DNA from: Oikopleura dioica
Taxonomy: Eukaryota; Animalia; Chordata
Assembly (NCBI GenBank): GCA_907165135.1
Contig: OU015568.1
Span: forward strand, 9,238,001 to 9,302,000
DNA length: 64,000 nt
Direction of reading: 5' to 3'
The notes under the pieces were generated by a model, which saw only the letters and a list, made by a program, of their open reading frames with translations, did not search any database and had not been told where the DNA came from. Of the stretch, positions 50,380-63,352 are shown in pieces; position 1 is the stretch's first letter; each line of letters starts with the position of its first letter. The position numbers and the translations under genes are program-made.

Positions 50380-52810
50380 TCAGCTGCATTCATTTTTTCT
50401 TCCATACGTGCCATGAACGCTTCTATTTTTTGAAACCTCTCTTCGATACTTTTTTCAGTGACGACTAATTTTGCTTTAATAGGAATTCAAAAATATTTAA
50501 CTTACCACTATTGACAGACGGGGTCCGGTATTCGCCAAGCGAACTCTCGGATTGAAGACTTACACCGTCGAGAGGAATAATCTTCGTTTCTAGAGGACCA
50601 TTATTTTGTACATTTGCCTGTGAAAGCGGGTCATCTGGTAGAGAAACTACAAGTAGCTTTAATATTTAAATTGAAAATAATCATCTATAAACTCGCCAGT
50701 ATTAATGACAGGAAGACTTCCTAGCGTACTCTCTGAATGCGTCCTTTCGGGCGTCTGGACATGCGAAAAAGTTTCTGGTTGAGAGGAGACTACTGTATTT
50801 TGAGCACTTGAAGAGCTTATTTCTGTCTCTATATTTTCTTCGTCTAAATATCTTGGTTTAAAATTGAATAACTTAGAGGCTTATTTCCATGGATAGAATA
50901 AATAATTAATAAGTAAAATTTTAAGGATGCTATTTAAAGTCAAGAAAATATAATTGATTTATTAATGATTTGCCCTATACATTAGCCTTTTTATTATGGG
51001 ATCATTAAATTTGGCTGCTACTATTTTCTGGAGTTTGAAAAATTTGGAGTACTTTTTCTGGAAGTTGTAAAAAATTTCGCAGGTTCCGTCTGGAGCAGCG
51101 AAATTTCTAATCGATTTTTAAGGGTGTTAAGGGCCTCCCGGCCCCTCCAAACCCCGACAAAAATGTGGGCCCGGGCCCGTTCTTTCTTTTGCCGGGGTCA
51201 GGTACCCTTAATTATTACTCTAACACCCTTAAAAATCGATTTGAAATTTCGTTGCTCCAAACGGAACCTACGAAATTTTTTACAACTTCCAGAAAAAGTA
51301 CTCCAAATTTTTCAAACTCCAGAAAATTGGGGTAGCCATTAAATTTTGAAGTATTTTATTATTACCATGAAAGCATTTGATCACTGGAATGATAGTTCTA
51401 AATAATTTTGGTGGTAATAAAGCGACAAGCGCCAACAACGTTGGAATTGCTGTGCCGGGAAGAAAATAATAAATATAAATCTCTGAGCCTCCCCAATCAT
51501 TAGTCGCCAAAACAACAATGCATAGAATAGGTCCGTAAAAGATCAGTGCTGTTATGTGTACAATCACCAGTCTCCGTCTTTTTTCAATTTTTGTCAATCT
51601 CAGCTGACACACATAGCCTGATAGTTTTCGAGCAAGATGAATTGGCGTCCTTTTTCGGAAAAAAACAAATATAACATATAAATTATTTATCATATATATA
51701 TATATGATATATATAAAATATATATAATAAAGTATATAATATATCATATATGATATATGATAATAATGTTTAATAATATTATTTTTTTCTAAATTTTTCC
51801 GTTCCAAAAAACCGCATAATGAACACAATTAAATATAGAAAATATCGTAAAACAACAAAAAATGTAACAGAAGGCTGTCCACTTCCATCTTATCAATAGA
51901 TGATAATTAAAGATATTTCGCTTTTATTACAAATTACCTTTTACGATCACATTGGGTTACAAGAAAGCTAATGTCCCACTTAAAATTCTCTTCGGCCATT
52001 TTCCATGCTTTTCCCTCTTTTTGCAAGATGCGAATGAATTTCATTGATACTAGACTACATAAAAACTTTACTGAAATTTATTTTACCTGACAAATTATTG
52101 ATTTTTCTTTTTTATTTCGATTATGGACGTTCATGAAAATCTGCATTTGGCTAATATTGGACCAACGAAGGACGAAGCTCTTTGATTTCATTTCATGACC
52201 GATATTTCGATCAACTGCCAATAAAAGCGGTTTTCATAAGTGAAATATTTCTCAATAATTTCGAACTTGTGGTTTGAACAAGCGTTACGCAAGGACGATT
52301 ATTTCTATACCAGGTCACGAGAATATTGTTACGAAAAAATCGAGGGTAAGCATTGGAGTAGAAGGTAGAGTAGAAGCAAAAGGTAGAAATTTATTCATTT
52401 GAGTTCAGTCAAAATTGTTCGTTACTTTTCTCCAAAAATTCATAATTTAAGTAACTTTTCAAAAACAACAAAGACGATAAAAATCGATGCTGTCATTCAA
52501 ACGACCCTGGCATCTTGTAATTTGTTCTAATCCTTCTAATCTAATTACTAGCTGTCACCATTTTCAAGCAGTCAACGAGTTCAGAAGAAGCATCAAGAGA
52601 TTCACCGAGAAGATCTATTGTAAATTCGGAGAGCTTTTTTCTTCTTATCGGGCTTTTTGGAAATGTCAGTTTGGCGACCACGCGCGGACAGATTTCGGAT
52701 TTGGGCATACGTTTAAAACGCCAGATGTGGGTCAGAAGAGGCACAATACAAAACAACAAAGACGCGACTCGCAAAAGGAATAAGCAAATTAATAGAATCA
52801 AGTTTTTTCT
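50380..52810 (-). CDS. Multi-pass membrane protein of unknown family; boundaries approximate
   Basis: Several hydrophobic exons (LLICLFLLRVASLLFCIV; LVIVHITALIFYGPILCIVVL; IYYFLPGTAIPTLLALVALL) and a polar C-terminal tail. Confidence 0.4.
51013..51337. mobile_element. Mutator-like (MULE) MITE
   Basis: ~118-bp near-perfect TIRs starting GGCT; 9-bp TSD ATTAAATTT at 51004-51012 and 51338-51346. Confidence 0.9.
51665..51790. repeat. AT-dinucleotide-rich low-complexity tract
   Basis: (TA)n-like sequence. Confidence 0.8.
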
Positions 52811-53435
52811 CTATAAATTGAATTGCGCGTAACTCAATTTTGGATCAGGCAAATTCAATCAGCAAGGTGGAATACGAAAAGTCGAACATGCTTGCGCAGA
52901 TGATCCTTCTCCAATATCACTGAAAGAGATCAGCCACACGAGAGGTACGTGAGTTATCTTTTGCACCTGAATCTCGTTTTACAGAGCCCATTTTTTCATA
53001 TCAAAACTATTTTCGGCATAGACTGATCTGTCTAGAATTTTTATCTAAGAGAGGAAAACCACTAGCTTACTGTATTATTAATACAGTTATATGAAGGTAA
53101 GGGCCATCTTGATCCAATTTTTGAGACCCTTGAATTCTTAATTTAATCCACGATCGCGGTTTTTCTTATGTAAAAAGGGTACAGAAGGAGATCTATGTTT
53201 GAGCTTCTCTTTTTTGTCAAAGAAAAAAGCTTCTGCTGAAAAATGACTCAGAGCTAGAATTAGAGCTAGACAAACTCACCCAATCTTTCGCCCAAGTGAT
53301 TCCGCCATAAATCTCTCAGAAGACGCCCTTGCACTCGCCCCAAGCGATAAATCTCCAGCTATAAAGCTGACTTGGGCTCATTTGAAAGCGTCGTTTCGGA
53401 GAAGAAGCTTTCCTTATTTTTCCCTTTTCGAGAAG

Positions 53436-55455
53436 ATGAAATCAAATTATCTGGCCTTAGAAATCAAGGAAGAGAGCAATTTTAGCGAGAGAAAAAAGCG
53501 CGAGGGTTCGAACTTGAAGACGAGGCTCTATAAAATTTACTATCCTGAGTTGATTCTGTTCAAACAACGACTCGACGAATTCGCTTTTTTCAGAGTATAA
53601 TCCGACGGAAGAAATAATCTCTGAACAATATCGAAGAAATACGGATACCATTGTTACAAGTTGTAATTCACTACTTCCGAGCTCAAACACGAAGAGAAAA
53701 CCAACATAAAAAAGATAGTAGTAAAAATGAATAATGCCAGCTCCTTGTTCTGTCAGGTTTGGGGTCGTTAATTTAATCTCAGAAAAACAAAGCTTCTCTT
53801 TTTGAAGGAGCGCAAATTCCCAACTTTGCATTTTTGTCTCCCTTGGAGATTGAAATAAAGACCCTGAGGAAGTGTATCTTTATTTACGGCCAGAAGTCGC
53901 ATCCGGACTTGATTCGTCTTCAACAAGAAAGCGTTGGAGATCTCTTTTCTGATTCTTCTTTTGAATTTGGCGACTACTGGAACACATATTCTTCTGAAAC
54001 ATCAGCTGAGGGAGCAAATGCTGACCTTGACTTTCAAAGCTCTGGCGACAGAGTACCTACTATTGCGGAGCTCGGCGAACCTCAGGATCACTTTCTCATG
54101 GCCAAACACGTTTTATTGTATATAATGATGGCTATCGGTGTTCCTGCTAATTTCTTGATTCTCTACGTCTCATTCAAAAATCGAAAGAAACTGCCCTCTT
54201 CGTCCTGGCTCGTTATCAACTTAGCGCTGTCGGATTTTCTACTTTTATTGAGTGTCCCTCTTGAAGTCTCACGGTAATCGCGTTTTTTTTTATTATTCGC
54301 CTGACATTCATCTATTCAGAAACACATACGATGAAGGGGTACAAAAGTGGCTAAGCAACATCTTTTTATGCAAATATTATCTGACCGTGAAGCAGCTCTT
54401 CTTCATCCTCTCAATTTTGATTATCGCCACAATCGCTTTCGACCGTTACAGAATGATTTCGTCCATGTCCAAGTCAAGTGCACACAAATACACAGCGTAT
54501 GCAGTGGGGGTATGGACGACGTCCTTGCTTCTTTGTTCCCCGATACTATACTTTACTACTGTTCAGAAAGATGTTGATCCTGAAACTGGAAAGGTAAGAT
54601 TTAACAATGCTCTCTGTTTCTTGAACTGATTTTTAAGGTAGACTACACGATGTGCAAAGTCTCCTGGATCTTCCAAACCGAGAAAGAGTGCAAAGACATC
54701 TACAACAGCAGCGATTTCGAGCTTGGTCACTGCCCAGAGGCGCGAGGAATCGGTTCTTGTGATGAGCCACTGCTAGAAATCGAGAGGACATACACAATTT
54801 TTATCTACGCAGTGACGATTATTTTTCCGATCGTTGGAACGATATTGTTGTATACAGGCCTTTTACATAAGGTAAGAGAATCTGTCCACCAAAACCTCTT
54901 CTTCAACCCTCTTTTCAAGGTCTCTTTCATCCGGCAATCCATCACGAGCATCGGCCGTTCCTCCAAAAGCCAATCCAATAGCCGGGGCGGAAAAGGCGAT
55001 CAGACCCTCCGCCGTTCTATTAAATTATTCACCTCTGTTCTCGTGATCTCCTGGCTTCCAGTTGTAATCTGGAAGATTATCCGCATCTTTGGATTTAATT
55101 TTCCACCGAGGTTTTGCTACGGCTTTAGCAGATTCGCGGAAACTTCGCTGTGGATTGGGCCTGCATTGAATCCGATTTTATACTCGTTCCTCGGCAGAAG
55201 ATTTAGAAAAGATCTTATGGCGGCTTTCCCATGCATCAAGCAAGAGCAGCCGATGATTACGAGCGAGTACACTCAACAAAGTCGAGCTACAGTAAATACT
55301 ACGAATGAACTTTCCCTCCAGATGATGAAAACTGAAGAAGAAAAGAACCTCTTATCAGTAAGATCGCTCTTAATTTACCTCGAGTTAACAGTTTTTAGGG
55401 AACTAAAACGACAAAGGCCCTTCCAGATCTTCTTCCTTCTTCAGAAAAAGCCTAA
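53436..55455 (+). CDS. Class A GPCR, peptide-receptor-like; start uncertain
   Basis: GVPAN, NLALSD, DRY, W..S..L..P, SWLP and NPILY motifs across GT-AG-joined exons. Confidence 0.88.
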
Positions 55456-56517
55456 AATCTGCTAAAGACTTATGAGTGCATCCCGAAAAAAGTTCATCCT
55501 GTTCACGTTGTAAGAAACTGTATAATGTTGATATTAAATTATTGCGTCTCAAGCTTCTGCTGTCTCATTCTTTCCGACACTTGAGCGCTTGAGAGATTCT
55601 TGAGCGGCCAAGAAAGTCATGCTCAAGTAGCCCTGGTTGAGCGATTGCTTTTGTTAGTTTTAAGCTACTGTAAGTGAAAAGATTCTGATTCGACCCGAGT
55701 TTTCACCTTGAACTTTGAAGCATAAGGTGAGCTGCTAGTATTTAATCTGTAAATATAAACAGGAAAAAAGGAAAATCAATGTCTACTTCTGTTTTTATTC
55801 ATTCTGATAAATCTAATGGGCGGTAAATTTTAAGTACCGGAGCGACTGAACTTGAAAGATGGAAAATCTACAAGCTGCGGATATAAATCAATTTTACGCG
55901 TCCCAGGATACGATTAGGTTTATGAAATTTAATCGTCAAAACGCTCACACAGCTTCCGTAAAATTGGAAGGATCGACTTAGGTGGCCCGGCGTTTTCGTA
56001 ACCCCTGATTTTATACGATTTCATATCATGAACTTCGTATAACAGGTAAAAAATCACAAGAAGACGCTGCCTGAGTCTTACTTATTCAATGAGCTTGAAA
56101 AATGTTATTTCATCGACTTTGAAGACTTTATTTCTGATTTCAATTATAAAAATTAGCATTTATTTTCTAATAAAAGCTCTGAAATCGTTGAAATTACATA
56201 AGCGATGCTCATCGAATGAGTAATCGTGAAGAGCGTCGTCTTCTGACGAGTTTTGCGAAGCGTGACCGCCGCGCGCACTGTGCGTCGGCCGCGGGTCTAC
56301 AAAAAGAGCGCGATGGCGCCACCGCGCGTTACTACGAGCGCCCTGCTCGACCAATCAGGCGCCCCGCTCGCTCCCCTTTAGCGAATCGTCGCCTCCCTGG
56401 TCTGCTTTCAATTGAGTCAAGGCGAAAAATACGTTGACCGCCGGAGGAACTTTTTTAGCGGATTTCCGAATCGAAGAGAGAATAACTCGGAAAATTGCTC
56501 AAAATTGAAAAGAGAAA

Positions 56518-59500
56518 ATGATAGGATTCGGTTATGATCCTGATGAAGGTAATTTATGAAAGGTTGAAGTGATTCTCTTGATTTTTATTCAACAAAATAT
56601 ATTCCTGATCATATTTAAAGCATAGGTTCATCAGAAAAGCCGCCTGCGGCTTTCGATGCGACCTGAAACTGCAAAAAATACGGCTTTATCGCTTGAATTT
56701 TGCATTTATTGTTGAATAATTGGTTATAAGCTCAATATTATTGTCGAGAAAATAGATTTTGATTCGATGTCTTTCGATATGGATCGAGAAAAGTCGGGAA
56801 ATATTGTAAATAATTGTCTGTCTGAAAAATACGCAAACGGCTTATCTTTAAATTAAATATTCCTGAATTTCTGGCTCAGTAGTTAGTAATAGTAATTTGC
56901 TCTTTCAGAAGACATGGATCAATCAATGCTGGACCAGTACACTGCGCTAGAAATGCTGACCCCTTTGGAGAAGTTCAAGAAATACGTAGAAAGCACAAAT
57001 GTATTTGAAAGACAGGCAGCAGGTCGCCTTCTCTGCGATGCGGCGGAATCCTGCGACACGAAAGATGAATTTAGCTCGGCGATGATGTTCGTTTCGAGGT
57101 TGTCTGTTGATCCAGAGCCTTCTGTCAGGGCAGAATTGATTGAAAAAGTCCCCGGACTAGTCAGGAAACGAGTTTATTTTTCAAATAATTTTTTGATAAC
57201 CAGGATTGTCGACAAGATATCAAATCTTGGACCCTCGATGACGATGTCTTGTCGAAAATCTGTTATATTCTATCATTAGTAATCGAAGTAATTGTGGAAT
57301 AAAATTGATGAACTCTTCGGCGAAGGATTTGCAACGATCGGTGCGCTAAGCTGGATTTGGACCCATCAATGATCGAGGACGAGATCCTGCCGCTCGTTAT
57401 TAATTACCTCGAAGATGTCACAAACAACGTTCGAAAAACTGCCCAGGCGGCGCTTGTCAACATTCTCGACTTGTTCTCGCACGAAGTCTGTCACAAGAAG
57501 ATCCTGCCCAACATCATCGCCCTCTCGAGCAAACAAAACGATGACCACAGAACGGAAGCAGTAATTCTGCTGGCCAAGTTGTGCCCTATTCTTGGCGAGC
57601 AAATCACAGTCGAAGAAATACTGCCCGAATACGTCAAGGCCTGCCAAGACGAGCTATTCCATGTGAGAAAAGTTGCTGCCCAACAAGCTCCAGAAGTCGC
57701 CAAGCTCATTGGCCCATCATTGACAGAAACTATGATTCTTCCGCATTTTGCTAAACTGGCAGAAGATGTTGTCTGGGGAGTGAGGAAGGCTTGTTCAGAC
57801 TCGATGGCAGCACTTTCGGAACATGTTTCGACTACAGTCAGGTCAAGTTCAAAAAGCTTCTATCAGGGATTTTATTTAAATAAGGGATCGAAATTTTACT
57901 GCATAATGTTACTTGATTCTACCTAAAGTCGATTAATGTTTGCACATCAAACATTAATTAGTCTTGCGCCCGAGAGACTGTATTTCGAGTATATCATCAA
58001 TTAACTGTGCCCTTGGCTTCCCAATCTGCGTTGGCAGAATCAATTAGCGAACGGACGTTTTGAACTTTTTCCCGAGGGAAGAGCAACTCTGCCCGATGTT
58101 TGTCGATCTTCTTAACGACGAGTCGCGCTGGGTCAGGATCAGTTCATACCAGGAACTTGGAAAGTTCATCGCTACTTTTGCCAAACCGCATGAAGCAAAG
58201 GATGAAAGCTTCGTGGTCGAAGAATCCGAATTCAACGCAATGAAGTTTTGGAAAGAAGATCTTCCAGAAGTCGATTTTGACGCGCTTTTGTTGGGCGAGG
58301 AGCCGCCACCGCCATTGGAAGACGTGAAAAATCCAACAGAAGAAAAGGAAAAAGACAATTCAAGGTAAGTCACGAGACTAGGAGACGTCTCTATCGTTTG
58401 TTTTAGCGATGAGTCTGAAACGAACGATCAAGCAGATCAGAGCGCCTTGCCCGAAGCTGATCAAGACATCCAAGCAGGCGAAAATCAGAAGAAACAGACC
58501 TTCGAACAGTCAATCAAAAATAATATCGTCTTTGTTGATAATGATGAAGACGTGCCTATCAATTATGCAGAGGGAGATGAAAGTCGTAAGTAGCGGTCGT
58601 TCATCCGGAGGTTGTCATTGTTGATCTCAATTGATCGCAGCTCGACTTGTATCTTTTTTGCTTGATTCTAATCGCGTTTACTTTTCCCACGTGATCCAGC
58701 TAAATCTCGAGCCTTTTCTCTTTGCCATGAGCCTTGGTTAAACGAGATTAGCCGCTAATCTATTAACTAAATATTCACCACGTCACTGACTAACCGTCTT
58801 GTCTCTCAGATGGTAGCTTACTGAATCACTTCACAGACATGAACCTTGACGAGCAAGCGAACGAGTCTGGCGACGCCAACACCTCCCTTCCCGATCCCTT
58901 CGACCCGGAAAGGATGGAAGACGACGATGTAGACATCGAACTGTCCAATAGAAACCCTGGCTACAACACTTACCTCGGCAACGACGACGGCTTCTCCGCT
59001 TCATCCCTTCGCTCCGACACTCCCGATAATTTAGACGATGCTAATGATCAGATCGAGCCGCAGGATGTCATTCCAGAAGTGCTACTCAAATACTTCATCT
59101 GGGTATTATCCCCATCCAAAATATCATTCAAGCCATATCTTTAAAGATGACGACGCCTAAAAAACTCGGCAACGAATTCCACGATTCTGAGCTCGCCCGA
59201 CATTGCGCCTTCTCCCTTCCCGGAGTGGCACTTACCCTTGGAAAGAAGAATTGGAAGTGCCTGCGCCAAGTCTATTCGGTACACTCACACTCTTTTTATC
59301 CATATAAATAATTTGATTAGACTCTTGCGAACGATGTCCAGTGGAAAGTCCGCCGCACACTTGCCTCATCTATTCACGAAATTGCCAAAATTCTTGGAGA
59401 CACATTGACGGTCAAGGAACTCGAGCCAATTTTCCGTACTTTCTTGAGCGTATGTGTAATCTTTTCAAGCGATATCTGATTCATTTTCTTCAGGATTTGG

Positions 59501-61055
59501 ACGAGGTTCGACTTGGTCTTCTTTGCCACATTTCCGACTTTCTAGCTTTAACAAATGAAGATGTAAAAACAACGTATTTAACACAAATGAGTGACTTTTT
59601 GACAAGGTTCCAGATCACCCTCAAATCTAAATTAGATTATCTAATTACTTCCGAATAAATCGGGAACCTTGGTTAGACAACTGATAATATCAGAAACTGG
59701 CGCTTCCGATTAACATTAGCATATCAATTATCGAAAGTAATATCGCTATACACACCCCAACAAGTTATGGACCACCACGTACCTATCGGTAATTTCCACT
59801 TTCAGCCACTCCTAAAACGCGTTTTTTAGTAATCAAGCTTCTTCATGATCAAATCGCTGCAGTCCGCATCCAGGGCGCACATCTTGCTGCTGCTGTTACT
59901 CGACATTTAATGACAGATAAAAATAATACGTTACATATAGACTTTATCCGAATGGTAAGTCAAAGCTTTTTTCTTCCGTTGTTAACTCCTTTCTTCAGCT
60001 CATCAGCCACACAGAGCAAGAATCCAAAGACCACAGATGGCTTCACAGAACAGTCTTTTGTTACTACAGTGCCGCGTGCATGCACCCAGCGCGCGTGCCC
60101 TTCCCGGCCGAGGAAGACGCCGAAGGCGGCGTGCCCGAGGAAGGCCGCGATTACTCACCCGTGCTCACACTTCAAGAGTTTATCGAGCATTTGATGCCCA
60201 CACTCGTCGTTCTCTCGAGAGATAGTATTGTAAACATTAGGATATGCGCCGCCAGGTGTCTGAAAGCAGTCAGAGATGAGGAGGAGTACCTAAGAAATGC
60301 TGAAAACGAAGGTACAAAGCCTTATCTCTACCGAATTACTCATGTTTGATTTCAGAAACAGTTATTCTGGAGAACGTCTTCAAGCGATTAGCAACGGACA
60401 AGGATCGAGATGTAAAAATGGTTGTTCAAGGTAAAACCATAAAATTCCAACCAATCAAAGCGGTTGGTGGGTAATCGTGGGCGTAGGAAGTTAGGATAAC
60501 GTCAGATTGTCGCTTTGGATGCCTTCTCTTATTCGGTATTCAATTGAAACTTTCTGTCTCATCAAAGGTTCTCTCCACATTCTGCTTCGGAGTTCGTAGG
60601 CCCGTCTCGTACCGTCCGCAATGATTAATGGAACAATTACTAAAAACAAATTTAACACAACCCTAGAATGGGTAGAAGACGAAGTTGAAGACTACCACGA
60701 CGATGACGATGATTTCGACGACGATGTGATCCAACATCTGACACCAGAACAGCTCAACGACATGGTTCAAAATCTCAACAACTCTGAGTCAGAGGATCTA
60801 AGTTATAACCCCCGGGTAAGGACTCTCTGCCTCTCCCTTCATTCAACCTTTCTGTAGTCGCCCGAACCTGAGAACGAACCCATCATCGCTAATCTGGAAC
60901 CAGAGCGACTCGTCTCCGCCGCCGTCCCAATCCCCGCTGCCGCTGGTGGACCAGCAATAATCGTTGAAGACCTCGAGAACTCGCCGACCTCCGACCCAGA
61001 AGAAGAAAAGGAAGAGAAGGAGAAGTCAAAAGAGGACGACGAAGAAACATTCTAA
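56518..61055 (+). CDS. PPP4R1: Protein phosphatase 4 regulatory subunit 1 (HEAT repeats)
   Basis: MLTPLEKFKKY..NVFERQ, WGVRKAC, SRWVR..LGKFIATF, RHCAFSLPGVALTLGKKNW, QWKVRRTLASSIHEIA, RNWRFR. Confidence 0.9.
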
Positions 61056-62066
61056 AAGAAACTTTTCTACCTTTTAGACAGAATTAGACTCTTTCCCAAT
61101 TTCAAAAAACTCTTTTTCTGACTTCTGGTGCGGATAAATTCAATTCTAAAAAACAACAACGAAAAATCTTCATTCATCTAAAACCGTTAAGCCGTTATGC
61201 TCCTCAGTTCATCTCTCCCTGCAAAAAACATCCATTCCAACAAACAAAACAAATGAACATTATTCTATTTCAACAATATTCATTCTAATTTCATCGCAAT
61301 TTCAATCAGCAGGATGAAAATTTTTTTTTGAAAATTTTGCGCTTTCAAAATTACAATCTTAGTAAGGTCTGGTTTTTTAAGAAATTGTCGAAAAAAAATC
61401 GACTAACGGTGTTTAAAATGTATTAATCACCCTATTCGAATCCCCTTATCGAAAATACTCGAATCCTAGAAACCAGATTGATAAGTATCAATCATAACAG
61501 TTGTTATGTGGCAAGCCAAAAACGTTAGTTAGCCGCCTCAATCAAATAAAAATTGAGTTAAAATTGACCACCGAGATATCTCATCAATACCATTTTTATA
61601 CTACCAGTTTTTCAACTGAACCGATATTTCTGTCCCTATTTTCATACATGTTTTAACCTCAAAACTAGCCACTCTCTCGACTTGCTGAAGACCGCTAAAT
61701 CTTGAATTATCCAACAGTCCTAAAGTCCAAGAAGAACCAAAAAAAACTTTAATTTATTAAACCATTATTACATGCAATAAGAAAATAAGAGCTCCGGTTG
61801 AGTTTTTCGACCCTCCAAATCATCATGTCATGTTTTCACTCATTCTGCTCTTTATCTCTTTGATTTACCTCTGTAAAGTCAAAAAAACTTACTGTAGAAA
61901 GTGTAAAACTTTGTACGAAGCAACCAAGACCATCGCGTCTTCCTGTTCGTGTTTCCACGCTTCTTTTCCCATGTGAATTTACATTATACCGATTCAAATA
62001 AAAATTACAAACAATTCAAACTCAATATCACAAAAGTTGTTTTTCAGTCGGATTTATTGTCTTATC

Positions 62067-63352
62067 ATGAGTGCAATGACGCTACAGGGGCGAAAGCCCG
62101 TGGAGGAGCTTGGTTTCACTCTAGTCTTGGTGTTTTCTTTTTCACTTATAAAATATATTCAATCAGATGTTTATTTTTATTTGCTTTTATTCAATATAAA
62201 CAGCTATATATACTCCCGCATAAATATTATTTGCTACTCATGCGTCTATTTTCCTCCAGAAATACCCTAAATCAGCTCACGAACATATGAAAATCGACTT
62301 TGGTGGCATGTTCTTCCACGCGCCTGGCTCCAGCATCCCTTCTGAAAAGCTCTTGAAAGACATGTCCATTCCAGACACCTACTTTGTCCGGCAATTCCCC
62401 TACCACTTCAAAGACAACTTACAATTTTCCGACGACGACGCAGTGCTCGAGAGTTTGAAGGAGTACAAACGCCTCGGTGGAGGTACTGTTGTTGAAGTTT
62501 CTACAGTTGGCTTGCAGCGAGACGTTGAAAGATGCGCCAAACTCGGGGAAAAGAGTGGCCTAAATGTCATCATGGGAACCGGCTATTATGTCAACTCGAT
62601 GCAAAAAGAAGCGACGAGGAAGTTCACCGTCGAGGTAGAAAGGAAGTTTCAAAGAATAAAATTTTAATCCCTTTTTAGAGCATGCAAACTTTCATGTCCG
62701 ACGAGCTCCTGAATGGATTCCACGGTTTCGAAGGCAAATACTACCCTGGCATCGTTGGCGAAATGGGCGTTACTGCACCCATGGCTGAGTGGGAAGTGAA
62801 TCATTTGCGCGCTGCTGGAGGACTTCACGAAGTAGAGGGAATAAAAAATGTTCCAATAACCATTCATCCTGGAAGAGCGCCGGAAAGTCCGTTTGAAATC
62901 ATGCGGATTTTGACAGAAGCAGGGGCTAGGCCAGAACGAGTGATCATGGGCCACATGGATCGAACGATTCATAATTACGACGAGCTTGTGCGATTGGCCG
63001 ATGAGTGGAAATGCTTCATTCAATACGATCTTTTCGGAGTGGAGACTTCCCACTACCAAATGGCGAATTGTTTCTACCCGAGCGATGGAGAACGGCTCAA
63101 CCGACTCAAGGTAATCAGGACAAATCGCAATTGTCTATCCGTTCTTAGCACCTAATGGACAACGGATTCGAAGACAAGCTGCTGATCGGGCACGATATTC
63201 ACACAAAACACCGTTTGGAAAAGTATGGCGGCCACGGTTACGCGCATCTTCTTCGAGTTGTCAAGGGCGATGCTTTGAGCGTCGTGGGCGTGAGCGAGGA
63301 GCAGTGGAACAAACTCGGCGTCATCAATCCGCAGAAGATTCTTCAATTCTAG
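62067..63352 (+). CDS. PTER: Phosphotriesterase-related protein
   Basis: LGFTLAHEH, GGGTVVE, GIVGEMG, IHPGR, MGHMDRT, YDLFG.E, HDIHTKHRL.KYGGHGY. Confidence 0.93.

Noticed and set aside
57160-57203. Another non-G-donor intron in PPP4R1
   Set aside because: Better explained by a GA-AG intron at 57165-57325 giving VPGLVRICNDR
61060-62066. PPP4R1-PTER operon with trans-splicing at TTTTCAG (62047)
   Set aside because: Plausible for larvaceans but not demonstrable without spliced-leader data
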